A stretch of DNA of 56,150 nt, filler included, from Dugesia japonica (taxonomy: Eukaryota): NCBI GenBank assembly GCA_001938525.1. It is 5 parts of 5 records of this genome, joined end to end, with 100 filler letters (N's around TTAATTAATTAA, not from the genome) between each part and the next. Parts side by side here need not be neighbours in the genome. Positions count along the whole stretch, not along the records: positions 14,726 to 26,291 come from MQRL01498259.1; positions 26,392 to 38,873 come from MQRL01302826.1; 3 more parts are not named here. The stretch is one strand, 5' to 3'. Shown here in pieces: positions 22,479 through 34,620 of the stretch. The position numbers and the translations under genes are program-made. Under the pieces are notes generated by a model, which saw only the letters and a program-made list of their open reading frames with translations, had not been told where the DNA came from and did no database searches. Position 1 is the stretch's first letter; the number at the start of each line of letters is the position of its first letter.

Positions 22479-23045
22479 TTAATGAAACATCTNNNNNNNN
22501 NNNNNNNNNNNNNNNNCAGATTTATTTTTCAAATGTTTATTTCCAGATATTATTTCATGTACGTCATTTACCATATTTTTACTAATTACCAATTCTTCAT
22601 CAGTTAATATTTCATCATTAACAGCTTTCTGTTGAAAGAGAAATAATTTATTTTTAACAGCTTCAAGTTTTTTAATTAATTTTTCATATCTTTCTTTTCT
22701 AGTTTTTATTACTGATGAATTTATTGTTCCTATTACAGGTAGTACGGAAATTGCCCCTGTCAATATAGGAATGCCAATTGTTACTAAAGGTACTCCAACT
22801 GGGGCAATTAAAATGACTCCGGCAATCCCAATACCTGCAGAAACAACTATTTGAGTAATTTTAATACTTGAATCAATTCTGTTCCATCTTTTATATATTT
22901 TTTTATAATGATTAATTTTATCTTTTATAAAGAATAAATCATTCTCGAAATCCTTAATCCTTGATAATGCTAATTTATTTTTTAAATCTAAAATTGTATA
23001 GTTTTTACTTTCATCAATGTTTGGATATAAACTTTCTTCATTCAT
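22479..23045 (-). CDS. Polinton hydrophobic-hairpin (putative 2-TM) protein
   Basis: SLYP start, YKKIYKRW, ~45-aa Gly/aliphatic hairpin flanked by helices; 3' end in an N gap. Confidence 0.7.
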   Translation of the reverse strand: MNEESLYPNIDESKNYTILDLKNKLALSRIKDFENDLFFIKDKINHYKKIYKRWNRIDSSIKITQIVVSAGIGIAGVILIAPVGVPLVTIGIPILTGAISVLPVIGTINSSVIKTRKERYEKLIKKLEAVKNKLFLFQQKAVNDEILTDEELVISKNMVNDVHEIISGNKHLKNKSXXXXXXXXXMFH

Positions 23046-23065
23046 TTTTTAAAGATAAAAATTAC

Positions 23066-24178
23066 TCATTTAGGTTTTTTTAATGAAATATAAATTCTAT
23101 GAATGTAAAGATTTTTAGGTATTTCTATTTCAATAACATTATGAATCTTTGGTATTGGGGTTTGTTTTTTTAAAAAATTAAGACTTGATGAAGTTACTGC
23201 AAAGATACTTAATATAAATAAACTCTTAGTAATAAGTTTTTGTTTATCTACTAATATATTAACTTTTTCTATTTCACCTATTTTATTATAACCCCAAACG
23301 GTAACCCAAAAAACTTTCTTAAAAACTCCAGTTACAGTAATTTTTAATGAGTCTTCAACATACCAATGAAAACGTTCACCGGAAATTTTTAATAATCCAT
23401 TTATTCTTAAAAATTCAATATTAGTAATATTCATATCAGGATAATTTTTAAAAGAATAACATGGGAGTTTTACATTTAAAATTGTATAACAAAAACCAAA
23501 TATTAAATCCGATTTAACATCAGGTAATAACTTTTCCATTTCTGTATATAGGAAATAATTATAAATTAATAATTTCAATTTATATAAAACATACTCAGCT
23601 TTATTTTTTTTATAATCTTGAATTAAATTATTAATTTTTTCAACATCCTTGAAGAGAACCCCATGTTTTATTTCATTAAATTCTTCAAAATTTTTAATTT
23701 TTTTATTAAGATTTTCAATAAAATATAAATGATCTAGATAAGTTTTCTTATTTAAATTCTCATGTAAAATATTAATTTTATTTGTTAATAATTTAATTTC
23801 CCCATCAAAATCTTCATTATAAATTTCATTTATTTTAAATAATAAATCAGTTTTTTTAAATGGTAAAACTGTTGATTTTAAATTTTGAATGTCAGAATTT
23901 ATTTTATTAAATGTTTCTTGATTATAGTTTTTTGTTAACTTATTAATTTTATCATTTATAGTTTCAATTTTATCTTCTAATTGTTTTATGTATTTTAAAT
24001 TAACTGCATCAGAAAGATCTTTGGGATCATCTTTTATTTTTAAAGTTGTTATTGTATCTCCAGATTCATTTACAAATTTATTTTCATTTTTAGATTCTGA
24101 TATTCTAATTTTAGAATCAACTTTTTTTAATATTTCTTTTGAATTTATATTTTTTTTCGTTTGACCAAATTTATTCAT
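23066..24178 (-). CDS. Putative fibre/spike-like protein
   Basis: Probable start MNKFG (ATG 24178), PKDLSDAVNLKY fibre-type motif, long coiled-coil and beta-rich C-terminus. Confidence 0.55.
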   Translation of the reverse strand: MNKFGQTKKNINSKEILKKVDSKIRISESKNENKFVNESGDTITTLKIKDDPKDLSDAVNLKYIKQLEDKIETINDKINKLTKNYNQETFNKINSDIQNLKSTVLPFKKTDLLFKINEIYNEDFDGEIKLLTNKINILHENLNKKTYLDHLYFIENLNKKIKNFEEFNEIKHGVLFKDVEKINNLIQDYKKNKAEYVLYKLKLLIYNYFLYTEMEKLLPDVKSDLIFGFCYTILNVKLPCYSFKNYPDMNITNIEFLRINGLLKISGERFHWYVEDSLKITVTGVFKKVFWVTVWGYNKIGEIEKVNILVDKQKLITKSLFILSIFAVTSSSLNFLKKQTPIPKIHNVIEIEIPKNLYIHRIYISLKKPK

Positions 24179-24297
24179 TATCTTATTTCTTATAATAAAT
24201 ATTTGGGCCACGCAGTGGCCATATTAATTCCTAATATTAAATGTTAATTCCCCAAAACGATTAATCGTATTGGAATCACACATTTAATCTTTAATAA

Positions 24298-24786
24298 ATG
24301 GATTATAATTTATTAGATTTCTTAAAAACATTTGGTATTAATACATTTACAAATTTTGATTTATATTCCATAGCTGATTTTCTAGATTTAGATTTAGAAA
24401 TTTATATGAAGAATGAGATTTTAGAATTAGATGGCACCCGCGAGGGTGCCTACATATTTAATTATCAAAATGAAAATCAAAAAGGAACTCATTGGGTTTG
24501 TTTTTCTAAAGGATATTATTTTGATTCTTTTGGATTAAAACCATTAGAAAATATATCAAAGTATGTGAAAAAATATAACAATATTCAGGTTCAACATTTT
24601 GGTACAAAAATATGTGGTATTTTATGTATTTATTTTTTATTTAAAATTAAAGATACTGAGTTCGATGAAATAATAAATGAAATGAAAAAATTATATGATA
24701 AATTAGATGCCAATACGATTAATCGTAATGGGGAATTAAATTATAATATTTTAAAGGAAGCTTCGCTTCCTAAATTTTTACTTTAA
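24298..24786 (+). CDS. Adenain-like (C5) capsid-maturation cysteine protease
   Basis: GTHWVC, YFDSFG and Q...ICGILC give the His-Asp-Gln-Cys catalytic set. Confidence 0.92.
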   Translation: MDYNLLDFLKTFGINTFTNFDLYSIADFLDLDLEIYMKNEILELDGTREGAYIFNYQNENQKGTHWVCFSKGYYFDSFGLKPLENISKYVKKYNNIQVQHFGTKICGILCIYFLFKIKDTEFDEIINEMKKLYDKLDANTINRNGELNYNILKEASLPKFLL

Positions 24787-25175
24787 TAAATAGCATAATA
24801 AATAGAATAATAGAATATGAAGAATCTTATTAATATTTTAAATGAAGCAGTTGTAGAAATATCATTATTACCACAAGATGATAATGATTATTTTTTTAAA
24901 CATTTTTAAAATAATTTAATTGATGTAATAAGAATTATTGAGAAAATGGAAATAAAAAATAAATGTATAATAAAACATAATAACAAAAGTAAGAAAAAAA
25001 GTATAAGTCCAATTTATGATGGATCAATATTTGAAAATGAATTTGAAATTGAAAGTGAAAATAATATAATAAAAAGTAAGAAAAAAAATAAGAGTAAAAT
25101 AAAAGGTTAGTATTTTCAGACCAGGTTCCTAGTTCTTTCAGACCAAGGCACATGATTAAAATTATCTTCTAATAA

Positions 25176-26136
25176 ATGAGTAAAGAAATATTAGATAAAA
25201 CAATTGAAAGAATTAATAAATTGTATGATCTTAAACCAAATATTGATAAAGTAAAAGCAGAGGAAAGATTGAAAGAATTATTAAAACAAGATATTAATGG
25301 AAATTATATACATAAGAATAAATTATGTGTGAAATGTGAAGAAAAACTAAGAGATATTAGACAACAAAGAATAAATGAAGCTTATAATAAAAGTAAACCA
25401 AAAGGAACACAAGAAGAAAGAGATCACATGTTTGATGAAATTTTAATTGCCCAATTGGAAAGACATTTAAAAAACACACTTTATTCTAAAGCATTTATGT
25501 ATAACCTTAAAATTGATAAAGAAGCAATGGAAATGGGTACTAAAGCAGTAGATAAATTTGAAGATAAGTTACTTGATGATTTACTAAATGAAATAATAGA
25601 TAAAAGAGTAGATGATCAAATAGCAAACATGAGAATTGTATTAGCAACTGATAATAATATTTTTACTAAATGTAAATTTTTAAATTCATTACAAAATGTT
25701 GAAAATCCATATGATTCAACTGCATTAGTTGTTTATGGTCTTGAAGAAGAGTCATTAGAAAAATTAACTTTAGATATTAAAAAAGAATATCAAATTGTAA
25801 ACTTTATCAATAAATGTACTTTATTTTCACATGCCAAATTAGGAATGTTATTTAAACAATTAAAAAATCATTTTAAAACTAATAATAAAATAGAAAAATA
25901 TTTAAATTCAATTGGTATNNNNNTATAAAATAAATTATGTTAATAAAATAATAAAATTTACTAATTTAGCTGAAAGATTTCCAGAAATATTATCTTCAAT
26001 TTTACCAATAACTAAAATTATAAAACATTTCCCACAAATAGAAGGATATGTGGATGAGATATTAGTAGAAAGAAATTCACATTTGGCAATTGAAAATGAT
26101 GATACTGATATTGAAAGTGATTTTGAAAGTGATTAA
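25176..26136 (+). CDS. Hypothetical ~320-aa Polinton protein (ORFs 25176-25928 and 25912-26136 probably join across 5 N)
   Basis: Two overlapping same-strand ORFs broken only at the N run 25919-25923; acidic tail. Confidence 0.65.
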
Positions 26137-27129
26137 TTTAATACTAGATGTCCAGTACGATTAATCGTATTGGGTTATCACACTTAGAATAAACCATCCA
26201 ATAATTCATCTGATTCTTTATTTAAGTAAAAATAATTATACTTGGTCTTCCAGTGAAGATTAACCTCGTGATCATACTCTAACTTATTATTNNNNNNNNN
26301 NNNNNNNNNNNNNNNNNNNNNNNNNNNNNNNNNNNTTAATTAATTAANNNNNNNNNNNNNNNNNNNNNNNNNNNNNNNNNNNNNNNNNNNNTTATTTTTC
26401 ATTGTTAAACCGGAATATATGTACTATCATTGTAAATAAATATATTGCTACATTTCATACCTTAACCTTCTTTTATTAAAAATATAAAATATAACCTTAA
26501 ATTGGAACACCCTTTATATATAATATTGGAAAATTCAACAATATACACCAAGTTTAAAGATAGGCAATTGTGTTTAATAATGATGATTTGTTTGATTCAC
26601 TTCCATCAAAACACACTTGGAAATCTAAAAAGAATGAGCAATATTATTATACCAAAAGAATAAATTAGGTGAATATTGCACGGATAAGATATTGGATTTG
26701 CAAATACATCCATCAAAAAAGAGACGTTTAGATTCAAAAATAATGATATGAAACCCTATGAAAATAGCGGTAATAGTCAAAAAATTGACTTAGAAGAGAT
26801 TTATGACGNTGAATATTATGATAAAGATGTTATAGATTTAGAGAATAGCATCAAATACAGGAATATTAATTGAGCAATTGAGAGGAATTGGAAACCTCAG
26901 TATTTCTCATACGATAGCAATCATGAACTTCTACAACATAAAATTTTCGCATTTAAAAGAACTTCCATCAGCTCCTTAATTTGAAAACGATTTCATGAAT
27001 AAACTTTAGTATAAAAATGATTAACTTCATATTATTTATTAAAATGATTTTAAAAAACAGTTTCAGGGTATTTAAACTGTTTCAATATAGTCGGAGGCTT
27101 TCTTTTATTACGTAGTATAAGTGCTACAG

Positions 27130-27515
27130 TCATTTTCAAAAATAGACAATTTCTAGGTTTTTAGAGTTTTACATAAGATTTTCATTATTAGTTATAGGAA
27201 ATTGTCTATATTCTAAGAAATGATATTTCAAATTTCAAAATCTTTGCTGTAGATCGTATTAATTTTCGGTTTATGTGTATATTAGCGATCCTTAAACAAT
27301 AGTTGATCTTAAGGAGAACATCATCTATGAAATTGGTGAAATTAAGCCCCAGTTGTGCCAAAATGTCAAAGAAAACNNNNNNNNNNNNNNNNNNNNNNNN
27401 NNNNNNNNNGCAGCAGCAGGAAGTCACTTGAATGACATTATTTTTCATTGTTAAACCGGAATATATGTACTATCATTGTAAATAAATATATTGCAATAAA
27501 TTGGAACACCCTGTA
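27130..27515 (-). mobile_element. Tc1/mariner-like terminal relic; end sequence duplicated at 26392-26515
   Basis: TIR-like tacagggtgttccaattt on the minus strand and an exact ~57-nt duplication (ttatttttcattgttaaaccgg...). Confidence 0.45.
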
Positions 27516-27742
27516 TAATGTTATTTATTTAACAAAAATTAACTGGAAATAATTAATTTATACCGAAACATTTAGAAATTATAATCATTACCAACTTGGA
27601 AAATATTAAAATTTGACAGAAATAAGAAATATAAAACGATTTTAATTATGAATGTAAATTATAAATAATGAAAAAAAATAATTATTGTAAATGGGAAAAC
27701 TTTCTCTTTTAAAAAATAATTATAATGTATCAATAAACTCAC

Positions 27743-28995
27743 AATCATCAAAGACTTTAAATCATGCTCAATGAAATCCATCACTAAATAAATCTTGTCC
27801 ATATTACTGCCAACAACAACCTCTCGAACGGTAACAATATTTTCGTGTTGGGCTTTCATTAATGTATTAATTTCACGCAACGAAGTGATTGGAAAACCAT
27901 CACGCTCTTTCTCCATTTTTAATCGTTTGAGAGCCACAATTTCATTAGTTTTCCGATCACGTGCTCTAAACACAACCCCATAAGTACCTTCTTCAATTTT
28001 ATTTAGGCACTCAAATTCTTCCACCAAGCGACATCCCTATTAATAAATAATTGAAATACGGCGTGATGTGGTTCAATGATCAACAAATACTTGCACTGCT
28101 GGATAATACAAAGGACGTATGTCCACTTCTTCCTCTGATTCTGGTTCTTTGACTGGAGAAAATACTAACTTCTCTTCATAACCGTCTAAATATTGAGACT
28201 GATTTAAATTTTCAGCCTTCTTCCGATTCTTTTTTGGATTTCTACTACTGGAAATACTGCTACCAAATGATTCAGATGAAGAACTTTCACTGGACACAGA
28301 TTGAGAATCCATTTCATAACTTGAAGTAATATTTAAAAAAATATATTTATTTTTTGGTAAATTACCTGTGATCATTATTGTGTAAATTTTCAATGTCTGA
28401 TTCATCAGAAGTTAAAGACTCGAATTTTGATCTCATTGGATAATGCTGATAAATCTCATGATCATAGTCTTCAGAGTTTTCTAATTCGTCATCAGAATAT
28501 TCTTTGGCTTGTGGTTCATCGTCATTTTCCATACTATCATGGCATTCTTCTTTAACTAACATTCTCATTTCTAAAAATTCATCTAAATTCTTTTCAATAT
28601 TTGAAGACACTGAATTTCTTCGACTATCAATATTCTCATCGGCGGGATTTGGTTCTAGTGAGCTGAAATTGAGATTTGGCTTATCATCATTATTGACATC
28701 TGAGTCGATATTGCTATAATCATTATTATACGCAAATGGTTGATTAGAACGCTTCGAGTCAGGTTCATCTTCATTATTACTTTTTCTTCTCTTTAGTATT
28801 AAAAATGTTTATATTTAACAAACATAATTCATCTGATATTAGTTTTAGTTTTACCTTGTTATCTTTTTTTGATTTACTCTGATATTTATCTCGTTTCGAT
28901 TTATCTTTATGGTCGCGTGTTTTTTTATGTTTGCGACTTTCCCGTTTGTTTGATTGATCTTTATTTTTATGTGATGAGCGATCACTCTTTTTAAT
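27743..28995 (-). CDS. CDK11: Cyclin-dependent kinase 11 (PITSLRE), partial: exons 28995-28855, 28790-28366, 28319-28091, 28036-27743
   Basis: YYPAVQ|[25 protein letters not shown]...[24 protein letters not shown]...[26 protein letters not shown] introns of 64, 46 and 54 nt with consistent phases. The rest of the kinase domain was not found in this contig. Confidence 0.93.
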
Positions 28996-31214
28996 CTTTA
29001 AATTCAATGATTTATTATTTATAGAAATTAACAAAACTCGGTGTTTTAATAATTAAAATATTTACAACCAGATCTCTAAGTGGTTAATGAAAATAATATA
29101 AATAAATTTGTAATCAACATAATAATCATTATCACACAAAAAACAGTACCTAAAAAAGGAATATTTATTGAAATTCCAGTAAACTATTGCAGCTATTTCT
29201 AAGAACATATAAGAAATATTAAATACTGACTGAATACTTATCAATGTTCATGTTTAAAATGCAAGAAACAACACTTCATTTCCATATCATTTCAGAATTT
29301 AATTTAAATTATTAAAGCATTTTAGTATTAATTAAGTACTTCTGTTTATTTTTTAAATTTATACTTCGAAATTCGTATAATTTATTTGTAATTATTCATT
29401 TTCATTTAGTAGAAATTTTAATAATTCGTACTTTAGTTCCCGACACCTTTCTGTTATCATTGTCAAACGGTATACTGAGTTTAATTAAAGTCAAATAAAC
29501 TGAAAATTCTAATTTTGAATTAAAATGTGTCAAATATACATTGAAATTATGATTTTAATTGAATATTAGAAAAATTAAATATTAAAATATTTTTTTATAA
29601 CTACAGCACATTACTTACAAAAATATCAACTTTGTTGACAGAAAATAATACTTCCTCTGTCCGAAAATATGGTATACATTTGAAAGAAAATCAAAAACCA
29701 TTTAGATTTACAGAAGAAATTGATAATAATCACTAAACTAATAAAATTTACAGCTTTTGTATAGTAATCTCCCGGAAGGTGAAATGTGTAATTAATAAAA
29801 ATCACACATTCTTCTTTTGTGTACACATATCAACGAATGTATGTACATATGTACACACTAAGTTTTATAATTCATATAACTTTATAGTTAAAAAATTGCT
29901 AGTTTAGATCAAGCGATGAAGTGAAGCAGACAGAAACTGAATTATTGAGAACGTACAAAAAACCTCCAAGTACTAATTATAACAATCTTAAAAGTTTGTT
30001 TGATAACTTTCAAAGGAAATTAATAAAAATTACATTGGCAAATAAAACAATACAGAAAATTGAAAGAATGTTAGGCAATTGAAGAATTTTTAATAAAATA
30101 TTGATCAAAATTGTCTTTTTCATTACATATGCGTACTTATCATTTATTATAAAGAACCGGTTAAAATAAATTCAAAGAATAGAATTAATGGCACCTTAAG
30201 AACGAAAAATATGAAATATGTTACTGCAGTTCATTGTAAGAAAATTATTGCAGAAAATGATATCAAGATAAAAATTTCCACAAAATTATGAAAGCAATGA
30301 TTTACATACAGCAATAAAATGCAAAACCGTGTTCCGCTGACAATGATTATTTTGTTGCTGCAAGTTATACTGACAATTGGAATATATATTTAAGTCACAA
30401 CCACCAAACAGTCCTAATTTTAACATTCTAGATTCATTTTTTTTTATTACAATTATTACAAAATGAAACTTCACCACACAAAATTAATGAATTGATAAAA
30501 TGTATTCAAGATGCATTTTAAAAATTAGCGAAAAATACTCTTGATAATGTTTTTGTAGGAATCAATGTTGGAGAGATGTAGAGACTCATGTAAAATTCAT
30601 CAAATCTATAAAACAATACTTCAATTAACTGAAAATTGCATATGTTCAGAAGAAACCATAGACAAGGTTAGATCATACTTCAACTATATTTATTTGTACT
30701 GGATTACTAAAATTAATTTAATAGTTCCAAATTATTTAATTGAAGTAAAATTAATAATAATTAATTATATATGTTACAGTTAAAAATTGAAATTAACTAG
30801 AGAATGCATACATTCAACGAAGGTCTTTTATAAAGTTTAAAATTTATTTTATAATCGGAAGAATAACATTTATAGAAGTATAAATTTAATTTATTGATAT
30901 AATTATAATTCATAATTTAGGGAGAAAAATAAAATGAAAGACTTCTGCAATTCTATATCAAAAAAATTCAAATGACAATAGAAAAATAGAAAAATTTAAT
31001 TGAAGAAGTAAAACTATTTAGAACTAGTAATGAAACAGTCAACATTCCCAAAGTTACGTTATATGGAATAAAAATTTTCCTTAATTTAAGTGAATCGGTT
31101 GCACGAAAAATGAAATCGGAAAAGAAAGATTTATTTGTATATCATTTATTTATTTGTTTATCATTTCAATAGTAGATATGAAGTTGATTTAATTACTAAA
31201 AATATACACAGTAA

Positions 31215-31455
31215 ATCACATCACAACCAATTTCAAGGAACTGTTGAACGTGCGAATCAAGATAGAGAAAATATGATAACTACATAGATAAAACAAGAAA
31301 TTGGAGAAAAGTAAAAATTTATTCAGCAAAGACAAAGAAAGAGCTTTNAAAAACGCAATTGTAAAGTAAAGTGCAATAGTAAAAAATTATTCATGTGAAA
31401 TACAATATACTTTGCAATTCTAATCGTCATTCGCGTATACCATGTTGCAATAAAT
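31215..31455 (+). pseudogene. Ginger/KRBA2-like integrase relic
   Basis: QGTVERANQD.ENM and a decayed Cys-rich tail (CNS...HS...CCNK*). Confidence 0.55.
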
Positions 31456-31762
31456 AATATTAATATTTAGATTATATTTTTTAAATAACTAGACTTCAAC
31501 TAAAGATTTGCCGAGAAAGTGTTGAATATACATTATTGAAAATACATTCACTAAATAATCACATTGTCTGTAACATATATATACAATTTACAGCAGAAAA
31601 GAAATTTTGTTCGCAATTTTTGTCAAATTTTCGGACAGAGAATGTAATTTAATTGCAATTTAACTAAATTTAATTAAATTGATAGAATGTTTCGTGACCC
31701 AATACCTATTTTGCTTGATTGTAATTTGAAAAATGTTTCGATTTTTTCTATAATTTTTAATA

Positions 31763-32935
31763 TTATGTTAGGAAATAATGTCCATTTTTTGACTTTATAA
31801 TTCTAAACTGAAATAACATTATTAAATTATTTTAATTATTTATATATTTAAANGTCCGTATTGATTTCGTGTTTCTTTTAATATTTCAAAAAACTGTGAT
31901 TTCAATTGAATATTTCAAATATGGGAAAAAACTTAATTTTAGCTTAACGATTTACAAATTTGGTCACATGGCTGTCGAGGCCAAACGAAATATCCATAAC
32001 GCATTAGGCGAAGGAACGATGAATGCTCACTCGATGAGGAAGTACTTCAAGTTTTAGAGATGAGGATAAGAGCCTGGAAGACGCAAAAGGTCGTGGATGT
32101 CCAGCTTCCGTTGATAATGAAAAATTGAACGACTTGGTTAAAACAGATCCGCATACAACTATTCGACAGCTTGCGCAAGAGTTAAATGTCAGTCATTTAG
32201 CAAATTTGAATTACATCAAATAATTTTACAAAGCGAAGAAGCTTGAGAAATTGGTGCCGCAAGTGAAAAACAAAAACAGCTGCTATTCGCTTCTTTTCCG
32301 GAATACCTACAATGATTTCGTCGATCGAATAGTGACCTGCCATGGAAAATGGATAATGCATGATAACTTCAAGAGTTCCGCACAGTAACTGAAATATGAC
32401 CCAACTCCACGGCAATTGCCAAAACTCATCTAAAAATGTTACGATAAGCGTTTGGTGATATTCTGGAGACATTATCCATTATAACTTTCTGTCACCTGTG
32501 GAAACTACTACAGCGGACAAAGAAATCGACAAGATGCATAAAAAGTTACAGCTTCTTCATCCAGCTTTTGTCAACAGAAAACTTCCATTTGTTCTCCATG
32601 ACAATGTTCGGCCACATACTTCACAAATGACAAAAAAACGTTGAATGACTTGAGCAACGAAATTTTTCCCCATCATCCATACTCGACAGGCCTCTGCTCT
32701 TTTTTTATATATCTTGCTGTTTTACAGGATTGAAAATCTTAAAAAATCAAGGTTATGTCGAAAATGCTTTCCGTGACTTAAGTGAAGAGCAGAGGAATAA
32801 GATAACTTGTTTTCAGTTGCCAAGCATGAGTTGATTGACATAGTTGCTATTTTAATTAACAAATTTAGTTGTCTTTGAGTTATTTCAGTTTAACATTGAA
32901 AGTCAAAAACGGACAATATTTTCTTACCAACCTAA
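31763..32935 (+). mobile_element. Decayed near-full-length mariner (cecropia/Hsmar1-like TIR) flanked by TA
   Basis: Imperfect TIRs (ttatgttaggaaataatgtccattttttgac and reverse complement ttaggttggtaagaaaatattgtccgtttttgac); SLEDAKGRG, LHDNVRPHTS and HHPYS motifs. Confidence 0.87.
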
Positions 32936-33094
32936 TATTATTCAAATCAAAGAGCAAATTTAATTCGGAAATACAAAACGATTAAAATTGACAATAATCT
33001 CATTTTCGATTTTCTAACATTTAACCGATTTTTTATTAACCGATTTAATTTTTTAGTGGTTAAGTAATCTAAAATTTAATCTAAAACACAATTA

Positions 33095-33141
33095 AATAAT
33101 AATAATAATAATAATAATAAAAATAATAATAATAATAATAA
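33095..33141. repeat. (AAT)n microsatellite
   Basis: Read directly. Confidence 0.9.
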
Positions 33142-34329
33142 AAATATTAATAATAAATCTATATGTATTTAAATGAAGATTCGTTTCAATTAAATTGAAA
33201 TTTTAATTAATGCCAAATAAAACATCTCAATATTTTCACATCAATTAAATAACTTAACATTATGATTAACATAAAATTATTTCAATTTATATATCTAAAA
33301 CTTCGGAAACTTTTTAAAAATTTACCGGGCATCGTTACATTTTGAATCACAAGTACTGAAGATGTGATAGAGAAATTTCTCAACATCAAATAGAACTGTA
33401 TCCTCAGCATTAACCAGGACTTAAGTGGTCCTATCAAATTTGAATATATCTGATGATCATTGAAATTTCAATAAGTTAAAACTGCAATACACCGAGATTT
33501 ATTTGCACCGCGAATTTGACGGAGCATCTGAAATACAATTAGGAAATCAGAAGATGTAATGGTAAATTCTTTAAAATCTCCTGAATCATTGTAAATATAG
33601 TATTTTTTTCTGAAAGTTTTTTTTAACAATGGTCACCACTACTGTTTTTTTTAATCAAACGTTTAACACTGATTGTTGCAAGTGTCAATACAAAGTTTAA
33701 TTTACTTTTCCAAATAAATTAGTTTACATTTTGGTAAAAATATTCAGTAGTGATTTCATGTTAATTTAATTTATCAAGTTTAATTACAGTATTGTATTGT
33801 TGTGATTCGTTTTGAAATATTCATAATGGGATATGTTAAATAATAATAAATTTAAATAAAAATTGTAATAATCATACCATTTTTCTAGTTTTTTCGAATT
33901 CAATGTTGAAATTATCATCTGAATAAATGGTATACATTGTTATAAAATTGCATTTTTAATGCAAAAATTACTGTTTTATTTTCCAATTAATATAAGTTTT
34001 AATTATTACTTTTGACTCATATTCAACGCTAAATATTAAATTTATTTGCAAAATAATTTGTCTGTATTTTGAAGTCAAAAATATTTTGATTTAATTTCTT
34101 TTTATTAAAATATAGGGTTTCTCGATCTATTTAATAATCGTTGCACCAATTTAATAATTGTTGCAATCAATTTAAAAACTGTTTCAATTAATTTAATAAT
34201 TTTTGCAATCAATTATATAACAGTTGCATTGATTTAATAAACATCATTATTATACATAAAGTATTTGGACTTTAAAAAATTAAAGGTCATCATACTAATT
34301 CAAGGAGTTTATTTTACTAAATAGTTCAG

Positions 34330-34620
34330 ATTAAATTGAACTCTGTTGGCTGAAGTCAACTCCCAATAACTTGACTGTGTTTCCGATATATTAGTAAAGT
34401 ATTCAACAAGACTAAGGAGAAATTTGAAAAGTTAGACAGTATCGATGTTTTATCACATCAACCATACATCCCAGACGTTGCCTAGATCTATACAACCCTT
34501 CTTAAATGATGGTCGATATGAATCATTTGAAGAAGCCAGATTGGTACTTTGTACCGATTCAGAAACTTACAGACTGATGAGAAAGTAGTGAAAATTGACG
34601 GAATGTACTTTAAATAGTTG
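34330..34620 (+). mobile_element. Short mariner 3' fragment
   Basis: DVLSHQPYIPDVA resembles the HPPYSPDLA motif. Confidence 0.45.

Larger units (their letters stand above)
14745..26291 (+). mobile_element. Near-intact Polinton/Maverick (adintovirus-like) element 2, right part cut by contig end
   Basis: Begins AGTAG after a (TA)n tract; gene-dense and intronless, with pPolB, core-like proteins, minor capsid and adenain-like protease. Confidence 0.92.

Noticed and set aside
21390-26168. Palindrome copies as a CRISPR array
   Set aside because: Irregular spacing with whole genes between copies.
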